Of a DNA stretch of 64,000 bases, positions 13,101 to 24,000 are shown in pieces. Numbering within the stretch: position 1 is the first letter of the stretch; every line of letters starts with the position of its first letter. Origin of the DNA: Raillietiella orientalis (lineage: Eukaryota); contig JAYWIR010000039.1 in the NCBI GenBank assembly GCA_036172245.1, forward strand, positions 1,674,001 through 1,738,000, written 5' to 3'. Both the position numbers and the translations under genes were made by a program. Below the pieces are notes generated by a model, which searched no databases, was not told the DNA's origin, and saw only the letters and a list, made by a program, of their open reading frames with translations.

Positions 13101-14458
13101 CTCCGTAAACAGCAGCAAACTTTGCAAGAACAGCAAAAATCCCAACAGCTGAAACGAGTACAAACCACAACGCCCATGATGCAAAAGGTTGCTATCTGCT
13201 ATCCATGTTGTTTATTGTTTTCTATAGACTAGTGGACGATCCATGTCAGAGACAGATCTGGCACTTTTGCGTCGTAAAGCCCAGCTTGAAGCCACTGCCC
13301 AAATCTTAACCCAAGGCAGCATTCAAATCCAGCAAGGCAGTCCAGGTTCCAATTCTGTGGCAGGCCTAGTGAAAACCTCAACAGTTTCTATCCCTGTATC
13401 TGCTATCAATGTGGCTAGTATGACCTTGCCACAAGTGAAAACTACCTTGACAACCACCAAACCTGCTGGTACTCATCAAATACGGCATATCGCCATCTCT
13501 CCCCAATTGCTTGGACCACGAAAATCATCCCTTCAGCAACAGAAAGTGGCTTTAGCTCAGGTTTGCTCGCAGAATGGTCGTATTAGCATTTGGCTGAATA
13601 GGTATCCAGCAAAACAGGGCTTCCTCAGCTCAGTGCTGTTCAAATCGTTGGACCCAAACAGCTGCCCACTGTCACAGTCCAACAGGTGATCAGACAAGTG
13701 CAGCCACAAGCTCTGCATCAATTTACACAGGTAGCCCTATACTGCCATGTTAAGAATAATCATTTGAATTTGAGCAGGTGTCTACACAGGCACAAGTTCT
13801 ACCTCAGGCTATTTTAAGCAAAGCAGCAGGGGCTCAAGCAGTAGCTAGCCCAAATCTTGCTATTGTAGGAGGCTTACAGCCATCCACAGCTAGAGTAGTA
13901 CCTCAGCAAGCTCAGTGCAAGCAAGTGCAAACCATCCAAGTGGTTTCAGCAACTCCTGCTTTGCAACAAGCACTAGTCAGTTCCCAGAGTAGAATTCAGA
14001 AAGGAACTTCTGGTAATGCTACCCCACAGCAAGCGACCATTCTATCTGCTTTGCAAGGACATCCTCTTTCCTTAGCTTTACGTTCTCCAAACCCTAGCAC
14101 AGTACGCTTACAGGCACCTGTATGTATTAAGTATTTTGAAAGAAATCAAGTAATTGTGCATTCTCACATTAAGACTCAGTCAAGTGCATCTTCTTCATTT
14201 GTTGCAACACCATCATCTAGTAATCAAGCAATTGTTACATCTCAAACTATGTCATTCTCTGATTTTGCTTTATCTGACAATCTTGAGGTAATATTTTGTT
14301 TTCTTAAATGCAGGTTGATTTGGTAATGCTTTTAGTCATCTGAAGAAACTGATCTAGATAGACGTGTGAAACAGATTATTAAAACCGTTCAGCAACAGCA
14401 ACAGCAGCAACGGACAACCAGTTCTTCAAGGAAAACTGGATCCAAGCATGTTTCATAG
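1104..14458 (+). CDS. dom: Helicase domino / p400-like SWR1-family chromatin remodeller, long (DOM-A-like) isoform, multi-exon
   Basis: Spliced exons give an HSA region ([52 protein letters not shown]), a split SNF2 ATPase ([78 protein letters not shown]), then p400-type [16 protein letters not shown], a SANT/Myb domain (PEWLIHEEW...TPNWDMVAD...[10 protein letters not shown]) and a Q-rich tail ending in TAG at 14456-14458. An AG lies just before ATG 1104, so an upstream exon may exist. Confidence 0.95.
10213..10998 (+). CDS. dom: Alternative terminal exon of domino, short (DOM-B/SRCAP-like) isoform made by read-through of the donor at 10423
   Basis: The ORF stays open about 190 codons past CAG|GTGACA (10422|10423) and includes [21 protein letters not shown]. 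It ends in TAA TAG, with AATAAA at 11086 and 11250. The long isoform instead splices to a 36-nt exon at 11498-11533 ([12 protein letters not shown]). Confidence 0.8.
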   Translation: MSPVERYAISFVETEHWSAELLAQAEAEIEQQKRDWEQQRLQVLKEQEQQMAEIERSEVLTYSREDATTQVTTKGKGLVKEQGREERISRLSRRQRSIQLGQMVCKKVNPAESPLLNPSLPSESCSSPVLLSSSEPQASEIPLLSPPVQPNVVSVDSPRTRSRGSVSINLWTLDVSPVLPGVKPVTVHTRRTSKENKKKLINNESFTSVKIGHRTVNKVNALHSSPRFMLRTRKVPKEKNPGEQNHKSALPPGVIPLSLLE

Positions 14459-14699
14459 TTTTATATGTATCTCAAATACAATTCATTTTCATAGTTTTAT
14501 TGATTTTATTTCATATTTTTGTTGGCTTATAGTAAGTGCGTATCTCTAGTGTTGTAGGGAACATGGAGCAATTTAGAAGTGAAGAATTGTGATGAAAGAT
14601 GTAATTCAAGATTGGCACACCATACCAGAACACCTTGTTTTCATAGATACGCGCCCCACGTTCATGCTATTTATTTTATTCCATCTGACTGACTGTGGA

Positions 14700-16600
14700 T
14701 TCTCTGTCAGAATCTTTCATAGTTTCAGGGAGGATCCTATAGACACGGTTCAGTGCCCCTTCTCGCATCAAAAGTTTTTTTCTTCCCAAGTACATGAAAG
14801 CTACTACAACCATCACGATCGCAACGTTTCCAGAATAAGCTGTCTGGTACTGAACTTAATGTATAGGTCGGGGATGTCTTTTCTCGTAGGTTACAAACTG
14901 TAGGCATTCGATTGCTCTTAGTTTCTTTTACAGCTAACTTGGATTTTTCCACTTCGTAATGCGCTCGGATATGTGGAAATCAACATCGTTTCAATTCCTA
15001 ATAAGCATAAATCCAAGGTAATTAAATTCTCATATGTTCACCTGACTAAGTGAATTCCTTTTCAAATATTTTTGCTTTTAGTTTCATGTTTACAACTATA
15101 GCAAAGAGTGGACGGAGCGTAGGAATCAAGGAGTTCGAATGAGCTCTGTTTTGAAAGATGCCTACAATTTTTTTACCATTGGTAGGAGTTCAGTGGCTGT
15201 TTACATACAGCCGCAGTTTCCCTATTTGTAACTTCATGCAAGAAATTAACACGGGTGCCAGATTATTCGATTAGAGAATGGAAATGGATTTGAAGTTGCC
15301 AAAGTAATGCCGCAGTTTTTGAAGTTCTAATATGCTCAAATGACGGTTGCTTATTACAAAATAGTTTATTTCCAACTCAAGATGCGATTCACTTTCGCGT
15401 TGAGAGATTTGCTTCCATTTTTATTTCCTGTAAAAGAGTGCATGCACCATCAACACTTCAGGAACTAGGGCATATTATTATCGCAGTTGGAAGAGTGTTA
15501 AAAGGATGGCCTCCCTGGGTGTTGCTTGTTCGTTCAATCCATAGACCTTATTCATAAAGAAACTCCAGTGGGCGCAAAGGTTACCCTGCGTAAAGTCAAG
15601 TTTTTTAGGTTCCATTTGTGCATTGAGGTTTTCATTTCATTCCAGAGATGAAGACTAGGGGTGCACTATCGGGCACCTTGGTGACCTTTGAAACAATCAT
15701 CTCCAAGCATTCCTCAATATCTGTTTATGCAGGAGCGCCTCCATATAGAAAGCAACCCCATAAAATTTACGTTTTTGAGAAGAACGAAGTCGTACAAAAG
15801 CTTTTGACATGTGTTGTTCTGGTGGATCTAGGTTGTTCGAATCGATGTGGACTCGCCACCCAGCGACCTTCTAACCACGTGCCTTGGTTCCCTTAATCAC
15901 ATTTTCCTAAGGACGGAACGTGACGTAATTGGGTAAAGGATTCCCAGGTCTTATCAGGAAAACAAAGCGAATGCGGAGTACCGCCTTTGTTGGAAAAAGT
16001 GACACTTCCCAGCGATAGGTTTTCGTATCTTCTATCTCTGTTGCAAATAGGATACCAATTCTTCCTTTCAGGAATGCGGCCTCAGCTGCTTCTCATAAGT
16101 GAGTTGTTAAAGGAGACGTTTTTGAGAATTGAGATATGACGTTTTTCAAGCTTTACAAAACGCCATTCAGAATATCCGATGCTTACGGAAAGGACAATCC
16201 ACCATACTGGGACTCTAAATACATCGAATTCATGAAACTTATGAGACGACGTACAATACCATATTGCCATGTGGTACATAGGTGATGGGACCTTTTTTCT
16301 AGATTGTTTAGTTGGACTTCCTTTCAAAGTCGTTTGCACAATAGAATATATACTTCACCAAAAACATAAAAATGTCTTCAGGAACAGCCATGTTCTCATA
16401 AATACCTACCTTCCTCGAAGCCAGCAATGTAACTATGCCGATTTGCCGCTAGGAGATTTATAGTTCGAGGTTCAACTGACTTTTCATGCATAATTACATG
16501 AAGTTCCTTTTGTAATCTTCTCAGCCAGTAACTGAGTGGCTCTTTATTCTCCTTATCGGTCATGTGATGTTGTAGTAGTAGTAAGACTATCAAACATTAC
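14700..16600 (-). mobile_element. Highly degenerate L1/Tx1-like non-LTR retrotransposon RT remnant
   Basis: Broken minus-strand peptides resemble RT motifs in the expected order: LDFTQGNLCAHWSFFMNKVYG (~15600-15540, cf. LDFEKAFDRVxWxFL), SGTRVNF (~15270, cf. SGxxVNxxKS), KIVGIF (~15170, cf. KxLGI). Many stops and frameshifts; boundaries approximate. Confidence 0.45.
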
Positions 16601-17099
16601 ACATCATGTAGCCATTTTGATATGAATAAAATTAGCCATTTTATTCTGCAGTATGTGAAATCATCTTCCAGTAAATCTCTTCTCCATTTCATTGTCTACT
16701 GTAAATGAAACTGGGAGTAATGCTTGAATGAATGGAAAACTAAATAACGGCAATCTAAATTTCCAGCTCCTTTGGTGCAGGTGCCATAGAACTTGAGGTT
16801 TTAAAGAGAACTTGAAGATTCGTTGCAAAACCGTATTCTGCAAACTCATTAATGAATCATTAATTCTTTGATGAATTGATTCCATCGATGAATTACACTA
16901 AGATATAATCAATCCTGGAGGGATTCCTATGATGGAATGATTGTTAAGGACAGATACGAACTGCTTTAACAGAGCTTAATTTCGACTTCTGAGATCCTGT
17001 TTATATGTATCCTAATCCAGAACATGTGGAGACCGAAAAGTTTACAATAAAATATACTATAAATGATGATGGCACACTACTTTTAAGTTTTTACTTATA

Positions 17100-17650
17100 G
17101 TTGTGGCTCTACTTCAAAAATTGAAGTAGTGCCGATAGTATAAGTATTCGTGGCATAAATTACATTGATCATATTTTCAGAAAGTTTGAGTCTCTTATAA
17201 TTGAAGATTAACTTCCGATCAACATTAATTTAAAGTTCAGTAATTGCCAGTTCTCAATAAATACTGGTATATTTTGTCATTTCTATGTAAAGAACATTAT
17301 CATTTCCGTGATTTTATTTTCTGCACTAAATACATATTCAAATATTAATTTGTGCATGCTTCTAGGATAATACTTTTACAAGATTCCAATCACCTCTAGG
17401 GTTATTCTTGGAGATTTAGATTAGCCACAAAATACTAATGGTGTTCACGTAAATTGATGATCAGCAAAATTCTATGCTGGATTATTTCTTAATCAGTACA
17501 GTTGAACGAATGGCCTGCTTAAATCACGAATGCTTTCTTGATTTCTAATATATCGATTTCAAATTCACTTTACCGAATATTCCTTGATCACCAAGTTTGA
17601 AAACTGTGCCTTTCTAGCTGAAATGCATATCAAACTGCAACACTTTCCGA
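17100..17650 (+). mobile_element. Possible APE endonuclease remnant of a LINE
   Basis: VILGDLD at ~17401 (cf. ILGDFN) followed by LDH at ~17584 (cf. SDH); otherwise decayed. Confidence 0.3.
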
Positions 17651-19107
17651 AAACAAATCCTCATGATAGTAATTTAATAATCCACATAGTGCTAAAGGAA
17701 TCTAGGCATGTGTGATTGAATGCACCTATAAACCAATTCTTCCAGTGCATCCTATCAAATAGGATGCAAATTCCTCTATATGGAGCATTGTGCAGGGTAT
17801 TATTCGTAGTCCATTCATTAAATATTCAAACCTAATAAACTCAAATCTGTAAAATACACTGCTGGTTAGATTCCGATAGCTGAAATACATCAGGAAGCTA
17901 ATGAGTCAAAGAAAAAAATGGAGAATTTCCCTAAATTATGGGCAAATCCTATGTTACTAACATCTGTCTTTTAAGTGTGCTCGGTATGAGTGAACTCGGT
18001 GTTTGTTGCCCACCAAATTCAAGATCAATCAACATAATTCTGCCTCCCCTTTTGCCAGGATGACCAAAACTATCTTGAGTACAGTTATGTTCTCATATCT
18101 GCAGTACCATAATAAGAGCAGGCAGAAGTAAAAGAACAGGAACAACATTGACAAGAAGAGCAAGAACATATGAGGGCGAAGAGTGAAAGTAAAAGAAACC
18201 CTTCTCCTGATTCCATTCTTTTCAATCATGAGCTTTCCGTTTTTGTTTCGAAATTGTTGTGTTCCTGGCTCTTTGAGAAACGAAGTATCGTCTACGGCCG
18301 ATATGAGCACTCAAAGCACCAGCTGACCCAAGCCACTTTCCAAGAGTTCCAGGAGAACTCCCATAAGGACGAGAGACAGTAATACGTCACCACACTGACA
18401 AGCCCACCTAGTCTGGGAAATAAAATATGATGAGTGATCAAGAGTTCCACGACTTTGTTTTGAGGCATCGTCGAACTTAAATTTGTAGCCGGTGTCCAGA
18501 TAGTTGAGCTGACCTCTACCAAGAGGCTGCAATCTGAAGTAGTAGCAGTTCGGAAGGAGCCCTATCTTTAGGCTTCTTCAAAATGACTGCAGATTTTTGG
18601 TGCAGGCCAGCAATCTTTTTTCGCATCTCGCCGCTGCCTCCATTCGAGAATCTTTGGCTGAAAAGAACAAAAAGTTCCCGTGACACCTTTCCCTCTGTGG
18701 TCACTTGGGCTTCTCCTTGGGACCTTTCTTACGTTCTCAAGTTCAAAGTGAATCCAAAAAGTGGAAGTCTCAATTATTTCGTTGACGGCAGGAAAAAGAA
18801 ACTCGATCGTATGACTTCTGGAGAATTCCGGAGAGACTTGCGATAGCTTCTGGAGAGCTCGGATCCACTCTAGGAGGGAAAGTAGCTTGGAAGAGGCGGC
18901 TCGGAACAAAACGGTGCACGAGAATGATTTTCGGTAACGAAGGCCAAGTTTAGGAACCTTTCGTTCCCTTCTTAATCCTCCACAGCCCGAATTTTTTTTA
19001 CGGCTATGAAAAAAATTTATGTAGCGTGAAAAAATATCAAACTCTAATTACATATTAATAATGAGTTCGGCATAGTTTAAATGATTTTGTTATAACGAAT
19101 GTGCCCT

Positions 19108-20265
19108 GTAACTTTGGGGTTACGACGGCGTACAACTTTTGCACTTTTGCGTATATAAAAGCTTAACTATGGAATTCCATAAAACAGTTTGTATTTGGCG
19201 TTAAACGTAGATGTACGTTGCATTTTGAACATTTTGTTTTTGGAACTCCTTTGCATCCCGGCTTTTTTCAGCGTCCCCTCTTATCCGAAAAGACTGGCCA
19301 ACGTGTAATTCCACCTTTTCGCACGTTTTCAACTGGAAGTGTTGCATTTGTTCCCCTTTTCTTCTCCTCTCCTAACTGTTCACCTACAGTAGTTGAAATA
19401 GGGCGTCCTCTTTTCCTACGAATCCCTTTTCGCTCTTGGCATAAACAAGTTGCAATGAATTGTCCTATTCCGTTAGACGAAACACGTATTGGTTTTTCTG
19501 GATCACCTTGCAGTGCATTTGTATTGGTATGGTCAACTGTATTACTCATAATTTCCTCATCAAATCATTTTCGGAAATGGGTCATAGGAGAGTAGGGCGC
19601 TTCAGGATCTTCAGCACAATTTCCTTTTCAAGGAAGACGATGAAGACTGTTTTTCGGATGGGATACGGATTGCCAAGAAATTCTTTGTGATGTTGAATTT
19701 TCATCATCTGATGATCATTCCCCACTCAATTCAGCGTCCCTATCGATAATATTTATGCGTCGTCGGATAAACTCTGTTGGCCGATCTCCGTCCGAGTCAG
19801 ATTCTAATGAAGAATCCACGGATCCATTACCGCTGATGCTACCACTTATTCTTACTACCTTTCTATTTTTATATGCTTCGGTATTCATACTTTAGGCCTC
19901 CAATATATAGAAATAAAAAGGAAAGCATGGAAAGTGCCAACGCAAATACATCGCATCCTACCCTTATGGCTCAAAGACACAAAGCTGTATCACGTGAAAA
20001 TAATAACAAAGTGTTTGTCTCAATGGAAACAAATGAGAGATCATTGATACACAAAACAAGAGCTATTAAGTAGGCCTTTTCTTGTTTACCAAAAGACCGA
20101 CAGAACAAAAAACATCAACAACTGCAGAGGATGGTTCGCACAACTTTTATCTACGGACAGCTCGCAGAAGCACATTTACCTCGATCTCTCGGGTTCGAGT
20201 TGACATCCGTCACCAAGGAGACGCTATACAACAAGATGTGTACGCCACCTTGCGGTAAAAAATAA
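19108..20265 (-). mobile_element. Non-autonomous piggyBac (PGBD3-like) derivative with internal deletion
   Basis: The minus strand encodes an acidic N-terminus and SPMTHFRK*FDEEIMSNTVDHTN...PEKPIRVSSNGIGQFIA fused to RKRGRP...RGR*KKPGCKGVPKTKCSKCNVHLRLTPNTNCFMEFHS*, a piggyBac Cys-rich C-terminus. Inverted core GGCGTACA (19127-19134) / TGTACGCC (20239-20246) lies near the ends. Confidence 0.75.
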
Positions 20266-20444
20266 AGCACATCAATAAGATATGCTTTTCAAAGTCACAC
20301 GGATCTATAGGGAGTTGAGCGACAACCGCCATCAGGAAATGCTATTTCGCTCTACATTTTCTCTTCCTTCCAGACTGAATTACTCATATTTCCTGCATAT
20401 AGGGTCAACTTACACACAGGGCATCAATTCGCAGTGCAAACTGT

Positions 20445-21387
20445 GGAACCATCCGCAGTGCGTGTGGCACCATGCGTGCCCGCGTCGGAGGCCTTGTGGT
20501 TAAGGCCTCCGCGTGTGGCACCATGGGTCGCGAGTTCGAATACTTCGGCAGAAACTGAGACGCCGCTGCGTCATTGGGTTCCGAGTTTCTCCTGCAAAGG
20601 CGCTGGTTGGCCTAATCATTCGGGCGTGGCACCGGCGGTGGATTAAGCCGGAGGCCCCCGATGAAGGCCGGAACAATGGGAAATTGACCTTCGGGTCCTC
20701 CCAGGAATCAAGGAGTGGGGAGTTCCCCCTCCTGTCGTGCAAAGGAGAGCGGACCCCCCGCACCGGGGGACCCTCCGAGTCGTCGCCTCTTCACAGAGTG
20801 CACAAGGAAGCGAGAGCGATTCCCTGCGGGAAGGTGCAGCGCCCCTTCTGAGTTTCGGAAGCGTCCCTTCGGGGTTCTCTTCAGAGGAGTGAATAGGAGC
20901 GGTTCCCTTGAGGGTTCCCTCAGGAGAAGAAATTCCTACAAGCGGATCCTTTCCGGGTTCCCTTCGGAGAAGTTGAAATGAAGTTGAAATGGAGAGGACA
21001 GCCTCTCCCCATTGGTGGGGGGGTGTCCCTCCGGAGAGAATGAGGAAGGAGGATTCCCTTCGGGGTTCCCCTTCGGAGACAACCGGGGTGGGAGGTGCGA
21101 TCCCCCCCGTCCGGGGGGATCCTTCCCCAAGCGTGAGAGGAACGGACTCCTAGCCCTTCCTGGATTCATAGGGAGGACCCCCATCCCGGGGTGCCCCCTA
21201 TCCTGAAGAATTACACGCCCTCCTGCTGGCTGCCGCGGGCGGAGGGGCGTGGAAACAAAACAGTGTATTTAATGTTTAAAAAGAGCCACTTGCGCCGCGA
21301 GGCACGCGACCGGTTCTGAGGTATTTAGCGAATCAAAATAAAAAAAGAAAACTCTTAAAAAAAAAAGCTGGAAGGAAAACAGCAAAG
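20445..21387 (+). mobile_element. tRNA-headed, GC-rich, highly structured SINE-like retroposon with 14-bp target-site duplication
   Basis: Exact direct repeat GCAGTGCAAACTGT at 20431-20444 and 21388-21401. A-box-like AGGCCTTGTGG (20489-20499), B-box GTTCGAA (20534-20540), a hairpin-rich body and an A-rich 3' end (~21336-21387). Confidence 0.75.
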
Positions 21388-21401
21388 GCAGTGCAAACTG
21401 T

Positions 21402-24000
21402 ACAGGAAAGAACCTGCACCTCATCCACCAAAGTTGGCGAGTGGACACTGCAGAATCGCGCATGGGTCAATTTTTCCTGTTAAGAACAGAAAAGGAGGAT
21501 CCAATGGCTTACATCGCAGAACGCAGATTCATTTGCAGAAGAATCCTCTGGATTGGAATGCTTTACAGAGAAGGCGTTGCTGTTGCCTAATGAATCGATA
21601 ATCTATAATGTCCCTCTTTTCAAAACGGATGATCTCGAAGAATATCTAGAGACCCTGGGGAGTTCCATCCGGGAGATCAAAACGAAGAAGAGTCAGAGAC
21701 GAGAGGAAGTGATCGTTGAGAAACATATCTAGGAACAAATCTTTTCTCGAGGCTCAGACTGCTCCGCGCTCGCTTCTGGCATCCAGAAGAGGTTTAGCAA
21801 CAGACTGCTCGTGTCGTTAAAAGCCAGAACTAGTTCAGGTGGATGGAGAAAAAGCATCCAGAAGTTTCTAAAAGTGTCTGCACCCACTAACATAAATTGC
21901 AGAGTACACTTCTTGTGACTACAGAACATGTCCCCAAAGGTAGCCTTTTGCAGAAACATACTGTAAAGAGAGAACCAATCTGATAGTCCCATCTTCACTG
22001 TTTACAATCATCCATGCCTTCGCCCGCTCGGTTTCTTCCGGACAATACCCAACTCAGGTCATTGGGGTCATTACCCCAATGACATAAGACCTAGAACGCT
22101 AAAGGAATGACAGGCGGATACGTGAAACACTTAGCCCGGAGTGACAAAAAATCAAAGACAGTTGGTACATTATGATTTGGAAAAAAAAATGGAATCGTGA
22201 AAGAAATACAACGAAGTCTACTCTTATGTTCTTGTTTGCTAAGTGATTTCGAAGAATGGTTAGCAGGAACCCTCATGAGGCTGCAATGCAATGCACTGAG
22301 ATAGGTCATCAGCCGGAAACTTTTCAGACGGGGTAGGAGAGTGTCTGTAACTTGAGAAGCTTCGATTCCGCACACAAATCTAAAAAGACACAGTGATCGA
22401 CAAAGATGGAGTGAATTAAGGAGGCTGTCGACGGTGCAGTCTTGTGCTTTGCAATTTCCATTTCCTGAATACGTAGTGGGAATATGCTGAACTATCTGCT
22501 ACATGGTTCATGAGACCTGCGTGGCGGAGCCGGTGGGGGGCACTCAGCTTTTCGTTGTTCATGGCTATTACCCTGGATATTCCCTAGCCATGCGAACGAA
22601 AGCAAAGAAGCCCACTGTATGCTGAGAAAATGTTGCGGAAATGCATTTACCTTGAAAAAAAAAAATGCATCGAAAATGCAGACAGCAATTCAGTGGAAGT
22701 GATCCTTGTAATGATTCTTAAGCTCCCATAAAAGCGACATGACTCCACACTATAGTCAGTCAGAGTACAGTTTCTTTGGACCTGCTTGAAAAACGTGCAG
22801 CACGAAGGGAGACTTTTCTACTCCAGGATAGTAATTAATTGCACATTGTAACTCTGTAAGGTACTTCACGAGAGGGCAGTTGTGCTTTGGCTTACTAGCT
22901 GCTTACCTTGTCGATACTCTGAGTGGTGTACGGACTATATGACTGATGATTTAGGGACAGTACTGTTGCATTGTGTTTGATCTCTCAAACTGTGTACTAG
23001 GCTTACACCACGTCCATCCTAGCTACAAGCACCCTGTGGTTTCCTAGATCAAGAACCAATCTTCTATCGATTTCAGCTGGACTAATCTAATGGATGGTAA
23101 GAGAAACGAAGATCAGTTTCTTCGTTGGTGGCTACGGCGACTATAAATTCCCGTTTTCCCCAGGATGAGTATTCTTGAAACCCATACATGAACGGGATTT
23201 GATGAATACGTATAAATTTTGATCGTAGGAAGAGAAGACTAATGAATTTCTGATTCATGCATCCCTAACGGGACAGCATATTTCAAAATAAGATGTGTTG
23301 GATGAAACACTCGTCCTCCATATGTTCTTAACTTCTTAGAGCTCCTCACTTTGCATTTACTCATGTCACAAATATCTGGAATCTTGGTACCTAAAATTTA
23401 TAGAAATATCTGAAAGATGAGAGGTAGTTTATTCCTTTGTCTAGGAATAGGAACCAAATGGATGTTTCTCCTTTCCTTCCTCAACAGAAGGGAGAATACA
23501 CTGCTTCTGAGTTGGGCTGTTTGGTTCCAGATGTCCCCGCATTCATTCGAACGGGATGTATTTTCATTCTGAAATATGTTCAGATCTCCACGCTTCACTT
23601 TTCATTCCAGATCTTTGATTAATTAGACGTACCTCCATCCTCTTGTGGACTCTGGTTACTGGGAGAACACTGAGTACCAAACGTACACTGTTCCTTAAAT
23701 GCTTGCACTCAACTGTACAGAATGCCGCTCAGGCTAGCTACTACGATACATGGATATGGAGTGTGTTATCAGTTGCTTTATAGTATCCTTCCTCAAGAAG
23801 CGTCCAACGCTCTGCTAATCCACAGATATGCTAAAGTATATCAGAAAGAAAGAGTAGCGTTTTTTAAACTTCGAAGATCTTGAATTAGGTTGCCATTTGT
23901 CATTGGTGGCGATTCTCCCAGACGAATTTCCATAGAATTGTCGTAGAGTTAGGATGGTCGCTCTCCATCAGAGCTAGCTCATGTCATCAGAAACGTGTAG
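21402..24000 (+). mobile_element. Degenerate L1/Tx1-like LINE remnant (ORF1-like, EN-like and RT-like pieces); probable host of the SINE-like insertion
   Basis: IYNVPLFKTDDLEEYLETLG (~21601, ORF1-like), LLSDFE (~22235, cf. LGDFN), FLDQEPIFYR (~23041, cf. LDQEKAFDRV), VLDETLV (~23296, cf. FADD). Heavily interrupted. Confidence 0.45.

Noticed and set aside
19085..19110. pogo/Tigger-like terminal repeat (GTTATAACG...CTGTA)
   Set aside because: No matching opposite end found.
20478..20550. Functional tRNA gene
   Set aside because: A and B boxes are present, but there is no proper acceptor or anticodon stem; treated as a SINE head.
20820..21125. RNase P RNA (GGGAAGGT) or 7SK (paired GATC) identity
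   Set aside because: The other conserved regions are missing, and the TSD points to a mobile insertion.
20434..21206. Overlapping short ORFs on both strands in the GC-rich island
   Set aside because: These are Pro/Gly/Arg-rich by-products of high GC and hairpin repeats, with no recognisable domain.
21200..21270. HDV-like ribozyme core (GCC CTCCTGCT GGC) or hammerhead (CTGAAGA...GAAAC) at the 3' end of the GC-rich element
   Set aside because: HDV P1, P4 and J4/2 cannot be built convincingly. The hammerhead reading has extra bases before stem II and lacks stems I and III. A simple hairpin (21214-21251) explains the sequence better.
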